Assembly (NCBI GenBank): GCA_964106915.2
Contig: OZ066919.1
Length of the DNA stretch: 64,000 nucleotides
Source of the DNA: Podarcis gaigeae
Lineage: Eukaryota
Direction: 5' to 3' (one strand)
This document shows positions 50,284 through 60,712 of this stretch, piece by piece. Numbering within the stretch: position 1 is the stretch's first letter; each line of letters opens with the position of its first letter. The notes under the pieces are model-generated. The model ran no database searches. It saw only the letters and a list, made by a program, of their open reading frames with translations, and was not told the origin of the DNA. The translations under genes and the position numbers were made by a program.

Positions 50284-50672
50284 GTGAGAGCCATCCTTCT
50301 TGGAAGTGGAGAGTATCTAATGTAATATTGAAGTACTATGGTCATTCAATCAAAGGTACAAAATGGGAACCCTTTGCTTACTGATAAATTTTATCTTCCC
50401 TTACCATTTTTAAACTCTGCAATAATAGGCCTGTTGAATAAATGTCCAGTGGCAAGTTACAGCTACCTCAAAATGCCCCCTTTTCAGAAAAGACCAGTGT
50501 TACAGTAGCAGTCTAGCATCTCTTGCATACTATTAGAAAGAAGAAAAACTGATAGTTCATTTGGTGAGCTAACGTATTGAAATGTTGCTCAGTGGCCTTT
50601 GTTTGGTACTGTGTTTGACTGGGTAGTGCATATTCCTTGGAAACATAGTTCTTTGTTATATGACTTTCACAG

Positions 50673-50894
50673 AGACTTCCTAATGGCTCTATACATCCGG
50701 ATGATGAGGCAAGCCGGACTGTGGAACTGCAGGAACTTCTAGAGAAGCAAAACTTTGAGGTAGCGCAAGCTAAAGAACGAATAGCTGCTTTGGCTGCCAG
50801 TGTTGCTGAGCTAGAAGAAGATCTAAGTACAGCCAGGAGGGACCTAATCAAATCAGAAGAAATGAGCGGCAAGTACCAGAGGGACCTAAGAGAG
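50673..50894 (+). CDS. PPFIA4: Liprin-alpha-4 coding exon 6 (74 aa)
   Basis: ttcacag|RLPNGSIHPDDEASRTVELQELLEKQNFEV...KYQRDLRE|gtgaga. Confidence 0.92.
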
Positions 50895-51200
50895 GTGAGA
50901 GAGTTCTGTTCCAGCAGCATAAACTATGTTATCAAGAGAATCTCTGAAGCAACTTTAAAAGCCATCTTATTTTTTCCAGGTGTAGCAAAAATAAAATAGT
51001 CTGAGCATCTGCTTGCAGAAAGTTATTGCTGTTTCTAGCAGTGAGCTTAGTTATTCAGTGTCAAAGTAAAAAAAAAAAATACCTATCATAACTGGAGATT
51101 TGTGACCCTGCCTTCTCTCAGTTTGCCCAGATAATTAATTGGGCTTTCAGTGTTCTAGTAGAATACTTTGGGGTGGGGGGAACAGTTTTTCAGGTGAGTA

Positions 51201-51458
51201 CAGTGGTACCTTGGGTTACATACGCTTCAGGTTACATACGCTTCAGGTTACATACGCTTCAGGTTACAGACTCCACTAACCCAGAAATAATACCTCGGGT
51301 TAAGAACTTTGCTTCAGGATGAGAACAGAAATTGTGCGGGGGTGGCACGGCAGCAGCAAGAGGCCCCATTAGCTAATGTGGTGCTTCAGGTTAAGAACAG
51401 TTTCAGGTTAAGAACGGACCTCTGGAACGAATTAAGTACGTAACCAGAGATACCACTG
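51201..51458. mobile_element. Tigger-type MITE, copy E
   Basis: TA-flanked TIRs; three tandem 16-bp ggttacatacgcttca units. Confidence 0.88.
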
Positions 51459-51982
51459 TACTCTAAAAGTACAATTACCATTTTCCTGCCACTTTCCCTT
51501 CCTTGCCAGCTCTCTACTTCATCAAGCCAAAAACCCTGGGGAAGAGAAAGACATGACAGATAGTGGGAGGTTTCTCAACAACACAGGAAAGGCCTTGTGG
51601 TTGCAAATGATGCATAGAGCATTATTTCTTGCAATCATGAGGTTTGACTGTGGTGGGAGCCTTTACCACCATTGGCCTTGTCCCTCAAGTTATGGTTGTT
51701 TTGAGGGGCAAAGATAGATGAGGCTGTTGGGCAGGACTAGAGAGTGGTGGAGGCAACTGTGAGCCCAACTTTCATTTGGAATCAGCTTAAATGGTTCCAA
51801 TACAACCTTTCAAAATGGGGCAGCTTATTACTGCAGAGAGAGTTTGCATTTTGAGCTTCAGTGTAGTACCTCAATAGTCATAACAAGCCCTTCTCATGCT
51901 GTGGTTCAGGCAGATTTTTCTATCACCATGAGGGCCATACAACCACAAAGTTCGTGACTTTCTTCATGGCTCATCCTACCAG

Positions 51983-52129
51983 GCTTTGGCACAGAAAGAA
52001 GACATGGAGGAGAGGATCACCACCTTGGAGAAGCGCTATTTGGCAGCCCAAAGAGAAGCCACCTCCATTCATGACCTCAATGATAAACTAGAGAATGAGC
52101 TGGCCAATAAAGAGTCTCTCCATCGCCAG
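51983..52129 (+). CDS. PPFIA4: Liprin-alpha-4 coding exon 7 (49 aa)
   Basis: ctaccag|[49 protein letters not shown]|gtaaca. Confidence 0.96.
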
Positions 52130-52339
52130 GTAACAGGCTTTAATGGCATACTGTCTGAAAAGCCAGCTTCCTTCCTCTGAGTCAAGGGCATGTGTGGCTA
52201 CAGTCATAGGTCCTTTGACACATTCTCTTGAATATATATATATTCTTTAATTTTTAATTTTTAGATGATTTTAACACTAATCAACCTCAAGTAGGTATCA
52301 GCATGGTGTACAGTATAAGGCCAAAAAGATCATACAACC

Positions 52340-52880
52340 AAAAGTGCAACCATGAAATGAAAAACAATAAAATATAGTCAAATACACAAATAAAATGCCT
52401 GGGAAACAGAAATGTTTTCACTTGACACCAATAAGTTTGCACCAGTTGTATCTCTGTGTTGAGGGTGCCACACTTGGGGTGCCATGACAGAAAAGGCTTA
52501 GCTTGGTTGATACACTTGTGTGTAGAAAGTACTTTAAGAAGATCTTAAGATACAGGCAAGCTATATAGGAAGAAATATTCAAGATACCCAGGTTCCAATC
52601 CTTTTAAAGTTTTAAAGATTAAAACCAACACATTTATTTGAGGCAAGAAGCAAATAAGCAGCCCAAGTTGTTCTCTTGGAATTGGTGCAATAGCATCCCC
52701 TTAGTCAATGCCCATTAACATTCTGGCAGCCACATTCTGCACTAGTTGAAGCTTTGGTCATCTTTAAGGACAGTCCCCATGTACAACTTGTTACAGTAAG
52801 CCTGTGAGTAACTTACTAGAGTATGGACTACTGTAACCAGACTATTCCTGTCCAGGAACGGATGCAGGCTGAAGCTGTGT
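52340..52880 (-). mobile_element. L2-clade LINE 3' fragment, antisense
   Basis: LHPFLDRNSLVTVVHTLVSYSQAYCNKLYMG (cf. LVTSRLDYCNALYxG) and LQLVQNVAA on the - strand. Confidence 0.7.
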
Positions 52881-52926
52881 TTGGTCACCCCCTTTTTCAT
52901 GACTGCCATTCTGCATTGTTCTACAG

Positions 52927-53061
52927 TGTGAGGAGAAAGCACGGCATCTCCAGGAGCTTCTCGAACTGGCAGAGCAGAAACTGCAACAGACAATGAGGAA
53001 AGCTGAGACGCTGCCTGAGGTGGAAGCTGAGCTGGCCCAAAGGATAGCAGCACTCACCAAG
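52927..53061 (+). CDS. PPFIA4: Liprin-alpha-4 coding exon 8 (45 aa)
   Basis: tctacag|[45 protein letters not shown]|gtaagt; not in the ORF track, translated by hand. Confidence 0.95.
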
Positions 53062-53948
53062 GTAAGTACACAACCAGAAGCTGGCTTCAAAGCCCAGGGT
53101 ACAGAAAGGGTTTAGTGTTGCTCCAGAACTTAGAACTTTCCTGGGATGGAGGAGAAAGGTGGAAGAAAGAGGAGCTTTTAAATTCATGCTACAAGTATTA
53201 CTTTTTCCTTTCTGCTCTGTATTGTCTCTTCTGCAGTAGCTGGGTATCATGAGCCACCTCTTCGGATGGTAGCCTCTCCTAAGGAGGGTTTTGTTTGTTT
53301 TTAAATGATGCTCTAGCAGGTCATGCTGCATTTTTAATAGGTATGTTTTAGGCACCCAGAATCTGAAGGCAGGGCTTGCTTCTCAAGAATGACCTAAAGT
53401 GCATTCTTTTCAACCAAAAAGCCAAGGACTGCAAGCTTAGAACAAGGGCTTGAGGTCCATTTACCATTCCTGAGTCTTTTACCTCAGAGATTGCTACCTA
53501 TATACAGGCATAAAAAAAATGGGACAGGAATAAATCTCTGTTAAACCAATTGTTCAGCTTTTAAATGAAATAGGCATTGCGAGGAGTGAGGTGGACCAGG
53601 AAGTTGCTGTGAAGTTTGTACAGCAAGATTCAGAAGGTCCATATGACACTTCCTCAAGCCTAGCTTCATGCAAGGTTATTTTAGAGTAAGAATCTCCAGT
53701 GTATTAATGCGCTAGTGCTTGTGAGAGACTTTCCCAGCATCCCTCAGCTTATGTTTAACACCCTCCCAAAAATCTCATGAGAACAAATCCACTATGGTCA
53801 CATTCCTATATTTTTGGGTAGTACTGCCTGATTGCTGTGTCGGTATGTTCTTATGTAAGAACAGGTATCTCTTATCCCTGCTCCCTATCCTAATTCCCAG
53901 AGCTTGTAAGAATTGCTCATTCCTTTGGGACTGTCTTGTTCTGTGTAG

Positions 53949-54032
53949 GCAGAAGAAAGGCATGGCAGTATTGAAGAGCGACTGCGGCAGCTGGAGACTC
54001 AGTTGGAGGAGAAGAACCAAGAACTAGCAAGG
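53949..54032 (+). CDS. PPFIA4: Liprin-alpha-4 coding exon 9 (28 aa)
   Basis: tgtgtag|[28 protein letters not shown]|gtaggt. Confidence 0.94.
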
Positions 54033-54898
54033 GTAGGTTGACTTCTGTAGAGTATATAGGACTGCTTTTTATAATTTTTAACACCTTATTTACAGCACCA
54101 CAGTTTAGGTCAGGATCCTGTTGTGGGAGGGAGAAAGATGATTTGGAGTTAGATTCTACATTTGCTTCTAGGATTTCAGTGTCTTATTCACAAGTGTTGC
54201 ATCACATGGTTGCTGCAAGTCTTTGACCATGCTATTACAGCCTGCTTCTTTAAGGCTGAGTTTTGATGGCATGGTTAAAGTTGTGACACCCAGGCACACA
54301 GGAAACTCCTTTATAATTCAGCTCTGCATAGTGGAACAATTGTATCACAGATGGTGGTCAGCACTTCTGAATTCAATCCAAGTTCTGAAATAAAATGGGA
54401 CTTCTTATAATTTCACTCCTACCAAAATCTATTCATCTTCCTTCCTGATAGCCCTATAATGTATACTAACAAAACATTTATTTTGTTTTGGGTTGCCATT
54501 TCACAGACTTTTAATACTAATTTCAGTAGGCAGTTTCACAATAGTAAAATAGTTACAAGGAAAGGTTTTTTTTTTGTCATTATTGTACACAAGAATAAAT
54601 CTGTACCACTGAATCATATAAAATCACTTCTTAATTTGCAGTGTAAATAATATTCATAGGAATTGGGCTCCCCACTGGTATAAGCTGATGTAGTGGAACC
54701 AATAACAGTTTGTAAAGTGGATTCTCAAATCTTCCAATCAATGTGGTGGACATAGTTTGCTTGTGAAAACTTTACTACATTAGGTTGTTAGAAAGAAGGT
54801 TATTTTGGAGGAGATTCTTCAATGATTAGGGCTAATTTCAAGGCAAATCTGCTTTGAATTACTTGGTTGATCATGATTCCCCCTCAACTCCCAAACAG

Positions 54899-55030
54899 GC
54901 CCGTCAGAGGGAGAAAATGAATGAGGAACACAACAAGCGGCTGTCTGATACTGTGGATAGACTGCTGAGTGAGTCCAATGAGCGGCTTCAGCTTCATTTG
55001 AAAGAACGGATGGCAGCCCTTGAAGAGAAG
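54899..55030 (+). CDS. PPFIA4: Liprin-alpha-4 coding exon 10 (44 aa)
   Basis: caaacag|[44 protein letters not shown]|gtatgt. Confidence 0.96.
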
Positions 55031-56183
55031 GTATGTATGTATTAGACACCTCATAAAATTAGCTCTATGGGTGTCATACACAACTGGCTTTTTTGCCATA
55101 GTATGTTTAAGATCGAAAAGATAATTTTGCTGACAGTCAGGATTTGACTGGAATGTTGGGGCCATCCTAAAAAGAAACTGAGATCATAGCTATTCTTGAT
55201 CAATTAATTCCAACTATTGAGTCGGGCCCAAGATTCTTTTTAAAATGAATGTTAGCAAAATACTATTGCTATGGAGTAGAGCAGTGGTTCCCAATAGGTG
55301 GTTGCTGTCCCCAAGGGGTCTGCATAACCCATCCAGGTGGTCTGTGACACTACTTATGTGTAACAAAAACTACCATAGAGATAACAAAAATTTCAAAAGT
55401 AGGGGGTCCATGGCTTGGCTTAGCTAACTGGACGCCACAAGTAGAGGATCTTAAGAGACTGGTTTTTCAGAGAAGGCCTCCTTCTTTGTTGCCTTGGGCT
55501 CTGCTGGTCCCTTTGCATCTTCCTTTGGGCTTAGTGTATTCTAACTAATTCTAAGGGATCGAGGATTGCACTGATGGCTTCTTGAATGCTGCTGCGATAA
55601 ATGTGGAACAAAATTTTGGCGAGATCAATTCTCAGCTACCTACATCTTCATGTATTGGCACCTAAGTATTTGTAGTGGTATCAAAAAGCCATTGTTCATT
55701 GAGGATGGATGGGTGGGAAGATTTTAAAAATGTTTTTGTTACTTTACTGTGCCAAATTATTAGCTCATGTGCATGGTTTTGAAGGGGCAGTCTAGCCTGT
55801 ACTTTTGAGATAAATACTGCTGTAATGGCAAAGAGTCTATAAATATTTGTTAGTAATTTGGATGGCACAGATATCAATTCACTTCCTACCTCATACCTCA
55901 GCTGAACCATCTTAAGTTTCCCTACCACTTTCTTTTTCTTCTGCTAGTGTGTAGCAATTGTAATATCTATACTGTGTGAAGTTGGATCTTCACTGGGCCA
56001 ACTTCAATGAGAATAAGCTCCATAAGAATCAATCACTCCTTTCTTTCCTAATTATTATCATGTACTTAGAGTGCAATGATGATCAGCTGCATTGCACATG
56101 TCAAAAATGTGATAAAAAGAATGTCATAAAGAAAATAATCTTCATTTGGTCTAGTTGTCTGTTGAGCTCTGATTGTGTTAGGC

Positions 56184-56686
56184 CAGGGGCTGCAAACTTT
56201 TTTGTACCCACAGGCACATTTAGAATTTTGAGAGTGTTCTAGGGGCACCAGTCAAAACTTGCCTTCTGTGTGTGCATAATGCAAAATGGATGCCATGAGG
56301 AGGGGCACAACAGAGACAGCCACTTTGGACAACCTTATGCTTATCATAGAAAGTCAGCTCTGTAGTATTGGTTTTGATTGTGGAGTTCACACAATATTTA
56401 TTTTATATACGCACATGCTGATGCTGTTGCTGTCTAATAGTAACAAGGAGCAATTCTCAGTACTAGGAAAATACAGAAGTTAGGAACACCACTCACATTT
56501 CACCTTGTTCACTTCGTAGGTACCTGCACATTTTGCCCCATAACTCTTCTGTCCAGGAGGGGTTGATACTTACCTAAAAATGAATAAATAAATAAAAGCT
56601 CAGAATGTGGGGCACCTGTCCAGGAGCACCAGCAAAATCATTTCCAGATGCTACGGTGCCTGCAGATGCTGGGTTGATGACCCCTG
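56184..56686. mobile_element. Old hAT non-autonomous element
   Basis: CAGGGG...CCCCTG ends, TSD tgttaggc/tgttagtc. Confidence 0.7.
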
Positions 56687-57088
56687 TGTTAGTCATTCCA
56701 TCTCAAAGGGTGGTTTGTTCTTTTTAAATGGCTGTTGTGCTGGATATTCAGACATTAGTGACTTTGACAAGCTCTGCTCAAGGTCTATCGAAAGTATTCC
56801 TCTCTGCATTTACAATTCATGGACCTGATTAGAACACCCATGCTTTTTGAATGCTAACTTCAATTGTCTCAGTTCTCCTGTAACTAGAGTTGTTTAGCTC
56901 TTGGGGTGTGACAGGTTCCAAATTGCACAAAAGGGAGTCAGTGAGGCACAATTGCCTGGCTGAAATCTGCTAGGGAAAGACAGGGACTTCTTCAGTACAG
57001 TACATTTTCAGGCTTGGAATGCATTTTTGAAGCCTACCCATTTTTCAGCCCTAGCTTTGCTATGTTGCTAGTATGATAGAGACCTAAC

Positions 57089-57526
57089 CAGGGCTGTCTT
57101 TAGCAGATGCGGTTCCGGGGTGCATATATCCGCTTAGTGCCCCCAAATTAACCATGGATAGTGGGGGGGGGGGCGAAGCTGCACATTGCCAGCCATGGGA
57201 AGGGTGCGCAACTCTCCTCCATGCTGCTGCGGGAGAGCAATCCCCACAGAGGCTTGGGAGGGAAGCTGCGCGGCTGCCAGCCATATGGTTAGCGGGGCGC
57301 AGCTTCCATCCTAAGCCTCTGCAGGGATCGCTCTCCTCCCGTGGAGGCTTGGGAGGCAAGCTGCACGCCCACCAGCCATATGGTTGACAGGGTGCAGCTG
57401 GCGGGCGTGCAGGGAAAGGGGAGGCTGCCGGCAAAGCTGCACAGCTCCCCCACTGACTGGGGTGCCCCTGAGAGGCTGGCGCCCTGGTACAACGCACCAC
57501 TAAGCTGTATGGGAAAGATGGCTCTG
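57089..57526. mobile_element. GC-rich hAT non-autonomous element with internal inverted repeats
   Basis: CAGGGCTGTCTTT / AAAGATGGCTCTG ends, TSD gacctaac/gacctgac. Confidence 0.8.
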
Positions 57527-58977
57527 GACCTGACTCACACCTCTTCATATTTTTTTAAGGATACACTTATTCTCCCCCCCCCCCCCCCCGCATGGAAAAG
57601 GGAACAGAGGAAACTTCCATACAAGCAGTTAGGTGTATGGTCAGGTAACACACAAAGCAACCATTAGGCTGAGCTCATCTCCTCTCTGAATTGCAAAAAG
57701 GTCCACCATGTAGGGATCTGCTCTATGGGAGCCAGCTTTTCTTCCTATCAACAAGGATAGCACTCAGTGCCATTTATAGCACATTCTTCCTCTGTAGCTA
57801 ATGAGCCCAGAATTTAGGGCACCAATGGGTCATTACCTCTTCCATATCTCATCTATACTGGTGCTGAAGAATAATAATAATAGCATTTTGCATGCTCTGC
57901 ATCCAGGTGTAAGTGATTTTATGTGAGTTTAGGGAGTAATGCTGTGGGCTGAAATCCTAATTGTTTGACCATCTGGGAACCCCTCCTGTTCTACTGGTCT
58001 CAAGTTTAGAAACTTGGCATAAAGAACTTTCATTGGCTCAGATTTGTCACTGTCAAATCTAGGTAGCCTTGTAGGTTCCCCAATACCATTTGCCTTTATT
58101 AATGCTAATAAAAATATTAAGTGCTTAATTTGTTTGTAAATTGGCACATTGCTGCCTTTGGAAGTGCACAACAATTTTTAGGTTAGACCGGTATTATGTG
58201 CAGTATTCCTGTACTGGAGTGTGTGTATTTTTTAAAAGACAGATTTCTGATCTATTATCACATCAGAGGGAATTCAGAATTAAGGTCAAACTGGCCATCA
58301 AATTTGGTACATAGATTTGGCATGCAATACTTTGGCATGCAAATTGTTCATGCCATACTCCAGATCTGGCTCATCCCACCCCCAATTTTATTTTTTAAAA
58401 AACCTTGCATGCTTTGCCTAGCCACTTGATAAATATTGCATCTAGTTTAGCCTTCAGAGGCAATTTTACTCCAAGGTAGCTCCTATCCATGTCTAAGATT
58501 CTTTTTAGCGATTAGCAGTTAATTTTTGGCATCCTCACTAGAGCCTCATGTGAGCTCTTGTGGAGGGATCACTTCTACAATTATCTTTTGGACAATGCAG
58601 ATGTCTGTTCTGATATATAGCTTGCAATCCCAATACTCAGAGTTATTCAGAAAGCCACTTGAACAACTTTACTTAGAGACCTATATAGTCTCTTTGGTCC
58701 CTTGCTAAATGAGCATTCAGCCTGATTGGTTTGTGGTGAGATGAGACAATATTGGTTTCTTAATGAGTGTTCAGTCTGATTTGTTTGTGGGGAGATTAGA
58801 TGAATTGCATCAAGAAAGTGTTAACCCACACTTTCTGGTGCATTTTTCTGTTATATTCCTTACCTCAAAAAGTTTGATCATTTGGGGAAGTGGATTTGTT
58901 TTCCAAGAGCTCCAATTTTAAATCAAATTTGAAGCACCCTTTCTCTCTCTTGTAATTACTCACCTTTGCTTTTTAAG

Positions 58978-59040
58978 AACACATTATTACAAGAACTGGA
59001 AAATACCCAAAAACAAATAGAGGAGCAGCAGCATGACAAG
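58978..59040 (+). CDS. PPFIA4: Liprin-alpha-4 coding exon 11 (21 aa)
   Basis: ttttaag|NTLLQELENTQKQIEEQQHDK|gtaaat. Confidence 0.9.
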
Positions 59041-59950
59041 GTAAATGCCACTCTGGGCAACTGTGGAAGGAGTGGCAAATATATTTGTTAAGTGCATTTT
59101 TGTTGCCTTGAAATTGCATGATCAGAAACTGTCAAATGGTTGTATCATGATAACTATAAATAGTTTTATAGATAACCATAAATAGTTTTTTGCTTCCCTG
59201 CTGGATCCTCTTTTAGAAGAGAAGCTGATCAAACACAATTCATTTCCAGTGAGCAGGATGTCCTCATAGAGGACTGAAGTGGTTCTGTTCTGCCCACAAA
59301 AACTGCATTTTGGGCAGAATATTAGTAGGGATAGGATCTTAGCTAAAAGGTAGTAAAGTAAACAGCAAATAACTCACTTTGGAGTCCTGTCTAGTGTCAT
59401 CTCAACATTTTAACTGGACACCTTTCCAATCCCATTGCCCTCGCCAAAGTTCTTATGTAGGCTTTGCTGGCAGGGCGCATTAATTGACTCCCACCCTTTG
59501 TATGGATGTAGCAGGACTACTTCACTCCCCTACCTTTAATATGTGGACAAAAATTGCACTATATTGCATGATATTCTTGTTTATGGTATTGAGGCTTTCA
59601 TCCAATGATTTTTAGGATAAGCCTTGGCTTTTTGGTCACTTCTGTTTACAGCTATAGATTTCTCACTCTTTTCTAGCATGACCAAATACATTCTCTGAGC
59701 AACAACAGGAATACAATTAGTGTCCAAGTAGCATTCACTTGCTGCATGTAACAGCCAACAACCAATAAGTGCCTGCTTTTCCCACACCCTTTTGCCTGCC
59801 TCTTTGTCCCCTTATTCTCCCTTGCTTTCCCTTCAGCATGATAATCTACAATTGCTGCATGACTTTTGACTTCACAGATGGTATGAAATGTGTGTGTTAC
59901 CATAGTTGTACTGGCTATAGAGAAACTATTTCTTATTTTGTTGTGAACAG

Positions 59951-60042
59951 AGAAGGCTGTCAGATGAAATTGACAAATTGAGATTAGAAATTGACCAGTT
60001 AAAGACAAGAAGTGGATCTTTTCTTGACAGTGTACATACAAG
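59951..60042 (+). CDS. PPFIA4: Liprin-alpha-4 coding exon 12 (30 codons + 2 nt)
   Basis: tgaacag|RRLSDEIDKLRLEIDQLKTRSGSFLDSVHT(R)|gtgaga; ends in phase 2. Confidence 0.9.
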
Positions 60043-60585
60043 GTGAGAATATTATTTATTTTTCATGGCAAATACCTCTGTGACAATTTGTTGTTGTTGT
60101 TGTTGTTATCATCATCATCATCCTAATCATTTATTAAATTTGTATACCTCCCTTCATCTGAAGATCCCAGTCCAGTTCATAACAGAAAAAGACAAAGTAC
60201 AAAATAAAACAAACACAAACCAATGACCCCACATACTGATGGGAGGGGGGTTGTCTCTCTGAACCAATGCCTCAGCTTGTGTTGCTGTATCTGCAGACTT
60301 TTCATTGATGTTTCTCACATCCCAGAGTTCTTCACATTGAGGCAGAATGTGCAATCAGGTGGGCTGCATTTATTGAAACTTGTAAAAATGTTTTGGCAAA
60401 ATTTTAGTTTTGGCCTCTGTAACTTTGATAGATGCTGCTGAAATTGAAGGGCTACCAGAGCCCAAGTGGCTGTGTCACAAATTGTTTTCATCTTAATGAC
60501 AATTAAAACATAGGTCTTCTGCATACCTGACAGTTGTATCATAGCCTGCTTTCTGGTGGTCCAGCTGGGTTTTAGCTGCACAATT

Positions 60586-60712
60586 CATAGAATAGAATTG
60601 TAGAATTGGATGGGACCCTGCGGGTATCTAGTACAACTGCCTGCAATGCAGGAATCTTTTGCCTGACATCTGGCTCGAACCTGCAACCTGAGATTAAAAG
60701 TCTCATGCAGTT
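60586..60712 (-). mobile_element. tRNA-derived SINE with CR1-like tail
   Basis: - strand: gcatgagacttttaatctcaggttgcaggttcgagcc...cctgcattgcagg...ccaattctacaattctattctatg. Confidence 0.7.

Noticed and set aside
50513-50920. 135-aa Ser/Leu-rich - strand ORF (also 52842-53090 and similar)
   Set aside because: Antisense shadow of a coiled-coil coding exon.
60031-60042. Apparent 12-nt microexon (ttgacag|TGTACATACAAG|gtgaga)
   Set aside because: It is the 3' end of coding exon 12 (59951-60042), whose translation matches liprin-alpha.
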